A stretch of 63,209 bases of DNA, the filler included, from Olpidium bornovanus S191 (Eukaryota > Fungi > Olpidiomycota), in NCBI GenBank assembly GCA_017911155.1. It is 28 parts of 28 records of this genome, joined end to end, with 100 filler letters (N's around TTAATTAATTAA, not from the genome) between each part and the next. Parts side by side here need not be neighbours in the genome. Positions count along the whole stretch, not along the records: positions 1 to 1,208 come from JAEFCI010012927.1; positions 1,309 to 3,807 come from JAEFCI010012619.1; positions 3,908 to 5,753 come from JAEFCI010008296.1; positions 5,854 to 7,509 come from JAEFCI010010952.1; positions 7,610 to 10,511 come from JAEFCI010011243.1; positions 10,612 to 14,738 come from JAEFCI010006542.1; 22 more parts are not named here. The stretch is one strand, 5' to 3'. Shown in pieces: positions 1 through 12,712 of this stretch (within the stretch, counting starts at the first letter, position 1; every line of letters starts with the position of its first letter). Made by a program: the position numbers and the translations under genes. The notes under the pieces are model-generated. The model saw only the letters and a program-made list of their open reading frames with translations. It did no database searches and was not told the origin of the DNA.

Positions 1-1208
1 AAGAATAGGTGAGGTCGAGTACCGTGGATCCCCGGGCCGGGGAGCATCTGCAAATCGGAATCTATCCTTCTCTCATTCGGTTCACCGTCTCGCGTTTTTA
101 TCAGATTTGGCCCGAGCCATGTTGGGTTAGAAATACTCTGCGGCTGCACCTCGCCGTGTAGCTGCCGCCCTCCCGCGCGAGATTTCGGCGCGCCGCAGCG
201 TAAATGCATTGTCTCCCGCTTTCGCACACGCACGCACGCACGTACACGCACACGCACACACGACACACGACACACAACACGCACGCGCGCTCAGCCTTTT
301 TTTTTTTTTTCCCTTGGCGGCCAAATTTTTTGTTTTTTTTTTTCCTGGCCTAAACAGTTTGCCGAAGCGTCCAGGCGGGGGGGGCAGCGACTTTCGCGGG
401 CCTCTTTTTTTTTTTTTTTTTTTTTTTGTTTTTGGTTCTAACCTCCCTGCTTGCTCGGATATCCGTGACCGCTGCGACGGCGCGCCTGGCGGTTTTGACG
501 CCCGAGCTTTGACGGCGGTGGGGGGGGAGTGTGTGTGTGTGCGGTTTGAAATGCCGGGCTTCGATGCGGGTTTTGACGCAGGATCTCTCCCGCCTTTTCC
601 TGCTCTTGCCCGTCCCCCCTCCCCGGTAGTCCTTAAGGCGCTGTCGCTCCGGGGAGCGCCGCGCGCGGATCGTTGGAACGGGGCGACGGGCTGTGAGGTG
701 CGCGGGGTGAAGGGGAGGGGAGAAAACGGTCGGGCAAGCGGGGGATTCCAAATCGGAAGTGCGGGGCGGGCCGGGGCGGGGGAACGCGTGCGCGTTCTTC
801 GCCTCGACGGAAGTTTGAGGGGAAGGGGAGGCGCGGCCCGGGACGCCTGGCGTTTCGGCGACGTCGCCCTCCGACGGGACCGGGAAAAAAAAAAAAAAAG
901 CCGCGTGTAATGCGCACCCCCCACGCCCCCCACCCCCTCCGCCGCGAATTTTTGTTTCTGTTATCTCTCTAAAAGACCCAGAACTGGTAAATGATACGTC
1001 AGGGTGTTGTCGGAGCGTCTTTTTTGCACCGCCCTGACGCCATGCACGCCTTCTTTTCCGTTTTTCAAAGGTGTGAAGCGACCGGACCATGCTCTTCCTC
1101 CCCTCTCACTGTTGATTCGGGGTCGAAGGCAGCTCCGAAGAGCTTCTCTATTCCGCTTTTCTGCCCGGTTTTGTACAGGTGGTTTCAGGGGGTGAAACCC
1201 GGTGGGCT

Positions 1209-1308
1209 NNNNNNNNNNNNNNNNNNNNNNNNNNNNNNNNNNNNNNNNNNNNTTAATTAATTAANNNNNNNNNNNNNNNNNNNNNNNNNNNNNNNNNNNN
1301 NNNNNNNN
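1209..1308. other. Artificial contig-joining spacer (first of 27 identical copies)
   Basis: 44 N + TTAATTAATTAA (stop codons in all six frames) + 44 N = 100 nt. Copies start at 1209, 3808, 5754, 7510, 10512, 14739, 16324, 17605, 20106, 22341, 25746, 29552, 31031, 32193, 33814, 35060, 37138, 39937, 41389, 45845, 47189, 49258, 50913, 52345, 55142, 59322 and 61287. Confidence 0.98.
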
Positions 1309-1395
1309 GGAGGAGGGTGGGGCCCCGCGCGAGTGGACCGGTGCCGTTTACACCAGAACGGGAACCCCGCCCTTCCTTTCAGGGCCCCCCAAAAG

Positions 1396-1441
<46 letters not shown>

Positions 1442-1549
1442 AACCCTTGTCTCGCGGAGGCACGGCGGGCCCGCGGCGGCCGTGCACATGTTGACAACGC
1501 CGTCCTTTCAAATTCTGCTTTTTCGTGCCCCCCGCCAACACGCAAACAG

Positions 1550-3420
1550 TCTACCTAGGTAAGTTCTGCGATTGCCGGCGCCAGCTGGCTTGTCCGATGG
1601 GGGCAGACGCGTGGGGCGCCTCTCCTCTTTCTTAACCGTTCTCGCCGGTCGCGTTCACGCTGCTTTTGCAACAAAACAAAAAAAAGGCACAAACATTGTG
1701 AACGGCGAGGAGGTCGCCATCAAGCTCGAGTCGGTTAGAGCGAAACACCCCCAACTGGTGTACGAGGCGCGCGTGTACAAGAACCTGGCCGGTGGCGTCG
1801 GCATACCGTTCGTCCGATGGTCCGGCACCGAGTGCGAATACAATGCGATGGTCATCGACCTCCTCGGCCCTTCGCTGGAAGACCTCTTCAATTTCTGCCG
1901 GAAAAAGTTTTCTCTGAAGACGGTTTTATTGTTGGCCGACCAACTGGTGGGACGGCGAGTTCCTTTTTTGGGCGGTCGAGTCAAGCTCAGGTTCCGGGCC
2001 CGGAGCAGCCGCTTCTTGGTTCTAACGCCTCACGGCTTTGATCTTGCGACCACACTTCTCCCGGGTGCGCCGGACGTTTGGTTATTTACCCCACCGGCAG
2101 ATATCCCGGATTGAGTACATCCATTCCAAAGAATTCCTTCACCGCGATATCAAACCCGACAACTTCCTTATGGGTTTGGGCAAGCGAAGCAACCAGGTCA
2201 ACGTCATTGATTTCGGTCTCGCCAAGAAATACCGCGATCCGAAAACACACCTGCACATACCGTACCGGGAAAACAAGAACCTGACCGGCACGGCCCGTTA
2301 CGCAAGCATAAACACTCACCTCGGGGTTGGTCAGTATCACCGGCTGATTTGCGAGATAAACGCGGTTTTGAAGAGGGGTCCATGTAATATTTTGTGGCAT
2401 TCTGTTTCGAGCGTCGTTCGTTACTTTTGCAAACCGCCTCGCAATGCGGGTATACTTACCCGCACATGTTTGCACGCATACTTTGGTGGCGGCTCCGGCG
2501 CGATGCAGAACAGAGCAGGAGGGATGACCTCGAATCGCTCGGTTACGTCCTGATGTATTTCAGCCGAGGGTCCCTCCCATGGCAGGGGCTGAAGGCTTGT
2601 ACTAAGAAGCAGAAATACGACCGTATCATGGAAAAAAAGATGACGACGCCGACGGACGCCCTCTGTCGGGGTTTTCCCAATGAGTTTAAGAGCTACCTGA
2701 CTTACTGCAAAGCATTGCGGTTTGACGACAAACCCGACTACCCATATCTTCGGAAGATCTTCCGAGACCTGTTTGTACGGGAGGGATTCCAATACGACTA
2801 CGTATTCGACTGGACCATTTTCAAATACGTGAGACATGGTTTTTTTTTTTCTGGTTCTGTCCGCGTAACTGGAAGGTGGAAAAAAATCGCGACTGAGTTA
2901 TCTGTCGTTTGCTTTTTTTTTATTCCGCTTGACTTGGAAACGGTCAGGAGCGTGATGCGAACATCATCGAGCCGCCACTGGCAGCGGACAACGATGCAGC
3001 AGCTACGGCAGGCGACAGGCCAGACAATAGACGTCAGCGGGAACAAGAGCCACCAGCGGTGTTTGCACCACTCGCGTCGGCAGGGAGCAGCAAAGAACAC
3101 CTAGCGGCTTCCCAGGTGCCGGCTGCGGCATTGGCCTCCTCCCGCATTACCAACCAGTCGCCGACGGCTCTGCAGCCGGTCGCGTCTGCCGCTGGAGCAG
3201 GCGGCAGTTTGTCGCGGTTAGCAACATCTGTGACCAGCTGGCAAATCACGGGAGACCTTGGCGCTTCTCGACGAAAGATTTTCGGTAGCGGGAACAGCCT
3301 GGAAGCCCAGCCGACGTAAGCTCTTGATCCGCCGTCTTTAACGCTGCGTCTGGCAACAGGAGCTTAAGTCAGCAATTTCTAATCTTTGCCAGGTCTTGGC
3401 CGGTTCACCCCAACGAGTAG
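1550..3420 (+). CDS. HRR25: Casein kinase 1 (delta/epsilon, Hrr25/Hhp1-like), 5'-partial, multi-exon
   Basis: Exons 1550-1558, 1687-1946, 2101-2329, 2509-2828, 2948-3315 and 3393-3420, all with GT-AG borders. Motifs [60 protein letters not shown] and LPWQGLK, then a low-complexity C-terminal tail. Confidence 0.95.
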
Positions 3421-4083
3421 GAGCGGTCGGGCAAACAAAATCAATTCCAACCCTCAGCAGGGTGCACCAGTGATTCCCGGATCCTTTTCCGCGCACTTGC
3501 CGTCGAAGTACCGGTTGAACGACGGTGTTGGAGGCTCCCAACGCGGTCAACGCCAAGGCTCCGGAGGCAGGGCAGGAAGCAGCCCACACCAACAAACAAA
3601 CAAACAAACCAAAAAACAAAAAGAAAAAAGAATGCTTTTAGCGCATGCAGCCTTTCAGTTTTTTTCCTTTCTAGTTTTTTCTCCGGCTATTTTGTTACTT
3701 GGCAACCGCGAGAGAGACCGTAGCCAGTAACGAACTTCTAAATCGCCCGCATGCACCGTGCCGGGATTCCCCTTATATTTCTCTCAACTTCCCCCCTCCT
3801 CGCCCCCNNNNNNNNNNNNNNNNNNNNNNNNNNNNNNNNNNNNNNNNNNNNTTAATTAATTAANNNNNNNNNNNNNNNNNNNNNNNNNNNNNNNNNNNNN
3901 NNNNNNNAAAAAAAAAATGAGATTTTGGCAAAAGAGTTCGGGCACTGAGGCCCTACATCTCTGACAGCGGGGGGGCGCCCGAAGCCAATGGCCCCAGCAT
4001 TGCGCTTATACCAGGCGGCTCAACATGCGACCAACCGGCACACGCTGCCCGCACGAGGAGTGGTTAGTTCCTCGCGTCTCGTT

Positions 4084-4163
4084 TGCCCTTCGTGGGATTC
4101 GAACCCACGTCTGCCAGGGCAGTTTTCCGGGGCAACGCGGTAACCAGCCGCGCACCCCAGGGC
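4084..4163 (-). ncRNA. tRNA-like element (pseudo-tRNA or tRNA-derived SINE head)
   Basis: Minus strand: GCCCTGG...CGCGG-CTGGTTA-CCGCG (D-arm-like), TTGCC-15 nt-GGCAG (anticodon-arm-like), GTGGG-TTCGAAT-CCCAC (perfect T-arm/B box), GAAGGGC-A. The acceptor stem pairs at only 5 of 7 positions and the anticodon loop is non-canonical. Confidence 0.55.
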
Positions 4164-5895
4164 AAAGCGGAAGACGCCAAGAAAATCGTTGGGGTTGCCC
4201 TTCAACTCCACCGCCCCGCACGCGCCTCTCCCCGCAGCCGAAGCCGCCGCGGACGGGAGCGGCTCCTCCACCACCCTCGACGGCACATGGTGACACCGCA
4301 CCGCGGCCGCCCCTCCGTCGCTCTCCTGGACCCCGCGCTCCACGCCCGCGACGGCGCCGCCCTCCAGGAAGCCGCCCTCCAGGGCCGCGACAGCGACGAT
4401 CTTCTGCATGTCCGCGACGCCACCTCCCGCGACGGCCGACGCTGCCGGGCATCACGACGCCACCCGTGACGGCCGCGCCGCCGGGCCCCATGATGGTCAT
4501 GGCGCCCTACGGGGTACCGCCCTCCATGGCCGCGACGCCACCTCCCGTTACAGCCGCGCTCGCCGGCCTCACGAGGGTCACGGCGTTCTCCGTTGTGCTG
4601 CCCCTCCTTGGTGCCACCCGAGACGAGCGCGCTCCGCTCTGTGACAACGGCGCAATGCGCCGCGCCTCGACACCGCCGCTCACCACACCTGGATGGCGAA
4701 CGACCGCTGACGTTTTCAGCATTGCAGCGTGCTGTTGATTGCATTTCGGCTCTGTATAGCCACACTGACACGTTCCCACCGACCGCTGTTGATGCTCTGT
4801 TAACAGAGCCCCACTATAACGCGTCGTCTTGTTCCATGCCTGTTTCCCTTCTCCCCAAATATGTGGCTCTTGCAGGCGCCGATCTCGCAAGCCCTCGCCA
4901 GGAAAGCTGGCGAAATATCTCCGTAGCCCTCACGCCAGCGGTTGCGACGGGGACGGCCAACACGACTGCCGAACCGGCACCGACCTTTCTGGTCTCTGGC
5001 CTTATCGGTCGCAGCCGCCGCTGCCGAGAAGCGCCGTGCTGCCACCGCAGAAGCTGCTGCAGCCGCTGCTGCACGCCGTATTGCAAACTTGCAGAGAAGT
5101 TGTGTCGTCTACTATTCAACCCCGGATTCAAAATCCTATGCTCCGGTTAACGCTTGATCCAGAGACAGAAGACCCTAATCACAGAAGTGATCAAGTCTGT
5201 CGATCTAATCCTTATGTGTCTGATTAAGCAGTAAGGGATTTTAGTAAATCTTACGCCTGATATTGGCCGAACGGTATTGCGAAAAGAATCCGGGAATCGA
5301 ATCTGGTCTAAACGATTGGGGTCTTTGCCGTGGGATCGTGGATTCTATCTCTTTATACCCATGTCCTTCCTTTTATTCTAGGTTACCCGGCGTTGTCACA
5401 CCGTTTCCCCCCTTACTTTGATCCAGGGCTCGGCATCCTGGATCCCGTTTTGGGTGCCAGTTGTCGTCTGCCCTCCAGGGGCTTCTTCGTGGTTTTACGG
5501 GGTTCTACGGTGCACGACACTTACTACCCCCCCCCCCCCAAAAAAAACGGTCAAATTTCAAAAAAAAAAAAAAAAAATTTCAAAAAAAACCTAGAAGACT
5601 TCCGTAGAACGCGTCCAGTAACCATGCCTCCTCCAAAGAGGCAAGCAAGGCACTTTGAACGCGCTTAACAAGCAAAAAAAAAAAAACGCGAAATGGCACG
5701 CTGATTTCCAGTAGTGAGTCTCATGCAACCTGGCTACCAGTGGACGAAGAGGANNNNNNNNNNNNNNNNNNNNNNNNNNNNNNNNNNNNNNNNNNNNTTA
5801 ATTAATTAANNNNNNNNNNNNNNNNNNNNNNNNNNNNNNNNNNNNNNNNNNNNAAAAAAAAACCCCCCCCCCCAAACTCTTTTCCGAGGTGCCCG

Positions 5896-5937
<42 letters not shown>

Positions 5938-6134
5938 CTTGGCAGGAACAAACTGGATCATTGGATAAATAGGGCCCGCACACAGTGATTGCGGGGAGGG
6001 GGGAGGGGGTGTGTGTGCAAATGGTATATGGTGGGAAAACGAGCCCGGGGTTGATGGGCGAGAGACGTGGTTCTGTTGGGTTTTCCCAACGCCTAAGAAG
6101 TACATGGCCAGTTTAGTCGCCGAGGGAGCTTGCG

Positions 6135-7509
6135 TCACCGACGGACGGCGAAGTACCATTGATCGATGGCCTTTATCCAGTCTTCCATCTCTTGGCGGCT
6201 CTGCGCCTGGCACATGAAGCTGTTCGTCCGCGTGTACAGCGCGAACGCGTTTGGACGCTGTCGTGCGCGGCAAACAACGTTAGAAGACAAAAAGGCGAAC
6301 GATGTTCGACGAGTTTGCAGCAGCAACGATAAAAAAAAAATAAAAAGCGTGCCTCCAGCATGTCCTCCAAATCCTTCTGGTGGTCCACCCGCACGCCCGT
6401 CAGGTTGATGACGGAGAGCTCGTCGTTCTCAGCGGGACTCGCGTACACGAACAGGTACGGGCGCCGCACAACTGCCCACCGGCGGACCCACTGCCCTTCC
6501 GCGTTCTGCTCGCCTTGCTCGGCGAAGACAAGGTAGCCTTTCCGCGACGCGGTGTCGCTTCGGACGAGAAGAAAATCGGAAAAATGCGCGTCAATGCTCG
6601 TTCGCGCCGTGAATCGCGCCGTGAATTTGACGCGCGCCCATGTGCGAGGTCGAACAAGTGGAATAAAATATTCACCAGTTGGTCACCGGGGTGACCTCTG
6701 CGGTGAAAAGCTTTCCTGTCCCACCAATCTCGGGCGGGGCTGCTTCTTCTGGCAATGATGACGGCTCTTGCGATAGGTTCTCCTTGAAACCCCGTTAGGC
6801 CAGGTCCAACGGCGACATTCAAGTCTCGGCTCAAGACGCTTATGGAAGGTGAAAACTCACCGGCTTCGTATTCACGTTTGGCCTGCGCCATAATCTCAGC
6901 ACCTTTTCAATTAGCGCCTTCTTTTCCTCTTCCGTTCTCTCCTCTATCGTTTTCTGTCCGTTCGCAGTCAAATCACCGTTCACAGGCGGCCGGCCGGGCC
7001 CCGACTGTGAGGGCGACGCAGCGCCAGCGGCGGCCAGCGCCTCCAGCCGCTGCCTGCACATGGCGACCTCCTGTGTCTTCCGTGCCCTCGACCGCGCGCA
7101 ATGATACTGCAACACGTACTCAATCCCTCGAGGCTTCCAACCGGCGAGCAGCTCCTCACCGCGGACGTATGTGCCGCTAGTGTTGAGTCTCCAAAGATCC
7201 CGCCGGCAGCGGGACATAGGCGGGCGGAGCGTGACAGAGAACAGGGCGGACATCTTGTTCCCCTGCGCTTCCCCGTCCATTCTAACCGAATCCGCCTTCA
7301 GCGCCGGTGAATGGCCGAATGGGTAAAACAGCCTGTTGAAGCCGGCGACTTTCCCGCCGGTGCGGTGATCCCGCCCGCGCACGACGAGGGCGAGGTCCGC
7401 GGAGAAAACGAGCGGCGCGCACAAACCATTCGTCTCTATCGTCCACGACAGGGTCCCCAGGACCCGAGTCGATTGCTTCGTGATGCGGTTGAGGTGGGTG
7501 CAGTCATGC
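6135..7509 (-). CDS. unc-104: Kinesin-3 (Unc-104/KIF1-like) C-terminal region: DUF3694-like segment and PH domain, 5'-partial
   Basis: LWRLNTSGTYVRGEELLAGWKPRG, RRWAVVRRPYLFVY...ELSVINLTGVRVDHQ and FALYTRTNSFMCQAQSRQEMEDWIKAID match the fungal Unc-104 tail. Confidence 0.85.
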
Positions 7510-7609
7510 NNNNNNNNNNNNNNNNNNNNNNNNNNNNNNNNNNNNNNNNNNNNTTAATTAATTAANNNNNNNNNNNNNNNNNNNNNNNNNNNNNNNNNNN
7601 NNNNNNNNN

Positions 7610-7656
<47 letters not shown>

Positions 7657-7686
7657 ATCGAGGGAAATTTGAGAGAGAGAGAGAGA

Positions 7687-7735
<49 letters not shown>

Positions 7736-7850
7736 ATCGAGGGAAATTTGAGAGAGAGAGAGAGAAGAGAGAAAGAGAGAGAGAGAGAGAAAGCATCGAG
7801 GGAAGAGAGAGAGAAAGCATCGAGGGAAATTTGAGAGAGAGAGACAGGGG
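7610..7850 (+). repeat. Compound (GA)n microsatellite with four interspersed AAAGCATCGAGGGAA(ATTT) units
   Basis: Direct inspection; units start near 7652, 7731, 7789 and 7814. Confidence 0.9.
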
Positions 7851-8059
7851 AAAGACACCGCTGCTTTCCGTGAACCAGGCAGGCAGAGACAGGCAGGCAG
7901 GCAGAGACAAGGCAGAGACAAGGCAGAGACAAGGCAGAGACACGCAGGCGGAGACGGACAGGAAGTGAAAGGCAGGCAGGGGACAGAAAACAAAAAAACG
8001 AGGGGAGTGGCTGGCGCGCGGGGCCGGCGTGGGGAAAGGACGCGCTGGGGCAACTCGCA

Positions 8060-8989
8060 ATGTACGAAGCGTTCACCGCCGTCACGGTGCTCGAGAAGTT
8101 GCCGCTTCGGGTCGAATCTCTTCTGGCGCACGGTGCGTTTACCGCTCGCGGGCCTTTGCCCCCGTTTCAGTTTGTCCCGGCTGGGTGGCGGTGTTGGCTG
8201 GGTGGCGGGGTTGGCCGTGTGTTCTGCCGCGCTGCCTGACTCACCGCGAACCCCGAACATTCCCGCCCGCGACACTCCCGTTCTTCCCGCCGAGAGCAGG
8301 CGACAGACTCCTGATCGGCACGGACACGGGAGTTCTTTTGGTCTATAAAATACGGGAACCACATGGTGAGTAACCAATCCTCCCCCAAATCCCCCCGCTT
8401 CCTCCCCTTTCCCGATGCGCCGACGGCCCGGGCGCGAACCGACGTGCCCTGCGCACTCGACGCGGCTTTTTTATATATATATTGTCAAACAACATGTGTG
8501 ATTTTCTGTGGATCTCTGAGGTTTTTTTTAATTGCAGGAAACGAGCCGCTTTCCGTCGGCCTCGTGGACACGAAGAAAGAATTCGCGAAGAAGGCCATCG
8601 AGCAGCTGGACGTGATCAGAGAAGCGGACATGCTGTTGTCCTTATCTGGTAAGGGTTTACTTTCTTCTATCCACACGTTCGTTCCGCGGAGAACGGCGAG
8701 CTGGAAAACGAACGTATTGCCCGTTGATTCGGGAACCTTCCTGCCGGTCCCCCGCCCCTCCCTCCCCCCCCTTTTTGCGCAGATTCCAAAATCCATATCC
8801 ACAGGCTATCGACGCTCACCTACCGCGACCACCTCGCCAAGACCGCAGGAGCGAGCGTGTTCGCCGTGGTCACGAACTTCGACGCGGGACCGGGAGGCGT
8901 GCCCATGATCGTGACGAAGCTCGCCGTCGCCGTCCGGCGGAAACTCGTCGTGTACACGTGGCAGGACGCGGAATTTCTGCAAGTGAAGG

Positions 8990-9038
<49 letters not shown>

Positions 9039-10276
9039 GGGGGGGGGGGGGGGGGGAGACGGGTGGGGGCGACACTTTGCGCCACATTTTCTCGCTGTTT
9101 CTTTTTTTTATCCGAAATCGCAACGGTTCGGTTTCTTCTTTTTTTGGTTTTCGCGGTAACCCTGACGCGCGCGCACGCGATCACTTTGTGTGCGTGGGTG
9201 CTTTTTTTCTCTTTCCGCCACCTAGGAGTATCCCATCCCTGAACGAGCCCGAACGCTGTCGTGGGCGAGCCCTGACCGCATCTGTGTGGGCTACTCGCGC
9301 AACTACACGATCATTTCCCTGCCGGTTGGAACGACCACGGACCTTTTTCAGCAGCAGGCCGGCGGCGGCGGCGGCGGCTCGCTCCAGTCTTCGCTCAACT
9401 CTTCCTTCAACTCGCTTAACAGCCTGGGCACGATGGGCATCGCGGCGATGGGAATCGGAGCGGGCTCCAAGCTGGCGAAGCCGCTGGCCGTGCCGCTGCC
9501 GCAGGGGGAACTGCTGGTGATGAAGGATTGTAGGTGTGGATGAAACTGCCCACATTCGGGAAGCCCACCGTCCCCACCGCACCCCCACCCGCGCGCATAG
9601 CGTTGTCCGCCTAACATGTGCCCCCTCCTGCTTCTCCTCCGCGTAAAGCCGTCGGCTTTTTTACTGATGTTAACGGGGTCCCGAAACCCAAACCCAGCGT
9701 CCAGTGGTCGGCGGTTCCCGAGGAGCTAAGTGCGTGCGGAACCGAAATTCGTTTGCGACGGTCATGCCGTAATGAAGACAATTTCGGATACGACCTGACC
9801 GCCGTCTTTTTCTTTTTTTTTTTTTGTTGGTGGTGGCCGTGGTGATGGTGTGGGTTGTGGGGCCCGGCTTACCGCCTCCCAGGCTTTTCCCCCCCGTACT
9901 TCCTTGGCGCAATTTCGAACACGGTGGAAGTGCGGAACATCAGGAACCAGGTACTCGTGCAAACCGTGTTGCTGGATCAGCCAGTGAGGATAATCACGCC
10001 GGGAAAAGCGGTTTACGTCGCGTCCAGCGACCACATCTGGAGGCTTCTGATGAAGCCTTTCGCAGATCAGGTTTGATCGGCCCCCCACCCCCCACGGCTT
10101 CACCATAAGGACGGTCGGGGCGCACGCGCAAAAGTTGCGTCTTGTCCCCCTGACATTGCTGATTTGAGGTTTATTCGGCGTTCCGGCAACAGATACGACA
10201 GCTGGCCACTAATCACGAGTACGAGGAAGCCATTGGCCTCTTCAATCAAACGGAGCCCAACCCGACTCCGGAGAAG
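8060..10276 (+). CDS. VPS39: Vam6/Vps39 HOPS subunit, N-terminal CNH domain, 3'-partial
   Basis: ATG at 8060: MYEAFTAVTVLEKLPLRVESLLAHG/DRLLIGTDTGVLLVYKI, FAKKAIEQLDVIREADMLLSLS, KLAVAVRRKLVVYTWQD, and later exons through NHEYEEAIGLF. GT-AG introns. Confidence 0.85.
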
Positions 10277-10426
10277 GTAAGCGCGTGCACCTTTTTTTTC
10301 GTTGTGAGGCGGGCTGCACGCGTCTCTTCAATCAAACGAAAACGGGTTCAAACTGGGAAAACCGTTTTTACTCCTCCCCTCCCCCCCCCCCCCCCACCCC
10401 CCCCCCCCCCCCCCCCCCGCCCGCCC

Positions 10427-10505
<79 letters not shown>

Positions 10506-12712
10506 TTTTAANNNNNNNNNNNNNNNNNNNNNNNNNNNNNNNNNNNNNNNNNNNNTTAATTAATTAANNNNNNNNNNNNNNNNNNNNNNNNNNNNNNNNN
10601 NNNNNNNNNNNACAGGCCTCAGGGCGGAGTCCTCTTTCTTTTGATTACTTTCTTTTTGGTTATCTCTCGTCGTTTCCCTTTTTTTGTTTACCTATTTTTG
10701 TTTACACAGCCGTTGAAGTGGAAGCCCCCATGTCACATAGCCCATCGATTATCCCCATAACCATCGACGTATTAGAAATAAAGGAGAAAATGAAGAGGGA
10801 ATAGGAAAAGGGGAGGCTGAGCCGTGCATGCACTGCGCGCACCAAACCCCGTTTCCCCTTTGTAGAGTCCTTTGATCTCCGCCAATAGGCCTCGCAGCGC
10901 TATAGAAGTAACACCAGGAATACAGTTCTCCTTCCCCCTCCTTACGGGTTCACTACGGCTCTGTCTGCTGGTTCTCCTGGTTCTCCCTCTGGCTCTACTA
11001 TTTCCAACACGACGCCCCCCCCCCCCCTCCCCCTCCCGCCCGATCGAGTGGGCCAAATACGCCCTCCGGCGCCCTCCTTTCATAATCACAACGATCCTCC
11101 GACTCACACCACAACACCGTTTTTCTTCTACATTGACGTGACATAGAAAATTCTGCTTGCTCGCACGAATGTCACTGCGCGATGCCAACGCGACTTGGCG
11201 GCCACTATGCCCCGGTTTACTTCTTGTACATCGACATTCCTAACCAAGATGTTATTTGATGTCGTGCCGCGTGGTCAATTAAGGAAATAACCCGGAGGCA
11301 TCGTTGGCTCACGGGCTGTAGTGCAGGCGAAACACACGAATAGGCAAAAGAAAAGGTCCTGCGTTGTGGAGGGCTGGGGCGCAGGTCGTCTCCGTATATA
11401 TTGAGGGCGGCAGTGGGGAGCGAACCATCGGTGTCAAGTTGCCAGCTCTCGTCAATGCACGACCTCAAGTTAAGCTCGTTTCGCCGACGCGTTTGTTGAC
11501 CAACATCTCGCCGTGCCGGTCGCCGTTCGCCCCGCCGCATGCTGCGCTCGCCCCTGCTCCTCGCCCGTGTCGTCGGAGCCGACCAAAGCCGCAACCATCG
11601 ACGATCCCTTGGCGGGAAACGGTTGAGCGTTACCCCTTCGATTCGCGTCGACACCAGGGTCGAAGTTTGCGTTTGTTCGTTTTATCTACATTCTTCTTGG
11701 TCGACCAGTCGGTCGGTGGCGGTCCTTATGTATTCGTGTGGGCCACAACTTTAAGTACCCATGGTCGATGAGAGAAGCGCCCCATCCTATCAATGGATTT
11801 GTCAACACAACTTCTTTTACAGCCTCGTCAATGTCACCATCAACCAGCTCGCCGACGCGCACACCACTCCGATGACGTTTTCTTCACCATCAACCCAACC
11901 CTGACGGCCAAGTACTGCCGCTTCCTCGATCACCCGGTCAATACGCCCCTCGTCATATCTGTCGGTGCTGTCTTCGCCTCCTTCTCCAGCTGCGCTAGTT
12001 TACTCGCCCGGCATTGGTGCAACAGCGTGCTTTCGGGCACGCTGCGCACCTACAAGCAGTCTTCTTTGGCATGGGCGCCAGCTCCGGATTTGCCGACGGT
12101 CCCTCCCACGCGGACTCGTCGTTCCCCTTTGGGCGAGCTCAACCGATCAGAAGGGGTGTGGTATGTTTTGCACCCTTCCCAGGTAGCCCGGTCGCTGATT
12201 CTGCTCGCATTCGTTTTTTATCCAGGAGAGTGACATGACGTGCATCAATGGCGTGACAGACCGGCCCATTGGTAGTCGCCTCCTGCAGCCCCGTTGACGG
12301 GCCGCTACGACCGCCCTCCGTGTGATACTCCATTCGACGAAACTGCCCATCAAACATTGCCCGGAAGTCTGGAAGTACGACCACTGGGCACATTCGATGA
12401 CCAATCGGCAATTTCCCATCTCCGTGATTGATCCAGCTGATTGCATTCTGAACCAACGCCGACGGCCATCCAGTCGATCTCTTAACTCCAAAAGAGGGTG
12501 AAAAGCTGTGAGGTTTCGGCCAAAAAAATACCGTGAAAAGCCGACCGCAGCAGCTCGCCTTCCCCCGCCTTCAACCTCCCTTTTTCACTTCACTTGGGGA
12601 CCTCCTCCTTTCCCCCGCGTCACCCCCCTTCCCACCCCCGCCGCCGCTGCGCGCCCGCGTTTTCTCAGGCCCGCCGCCACCCGGGAAGTGCGTGCCGCCG
12701 TCCCCGATCGCG

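Noticed and set aside
127-1090. Long overlapping ORFs in the first contig
   Set aside because: They arise from GC-rich and homopolymer sequence with few stops and have no motifs; probably promoter, UTR or intron.
1253-1264. Recurrent TTAATTAATTAA as a piggyBac TTAA site or regulatory motif
   Set aside because: It is always centred in exactly 44+44 N, so it is a synthetic six-frame stop linker.
4006-5227. Pro/Ala/Arg-rich ORFs on both strands
   Set aside because: All frames are open because of high GC and short quasi-repeats, with no recognisable domain. A real low-complexity gene cannot be excluded.
10237-10338. 15-bp exon sequence CTCTTCAATCAAACG repeated in the following intron
   Set aside because: Too short to support alternative-exon duplication, and next to a poly-C contig end where misassembly is plausible.
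10772-12491. ORFs upstream of XDH as a transposon or gene
   Set aside because: No DDE, RT or other motif recognised and no codon bias; left unannotated.
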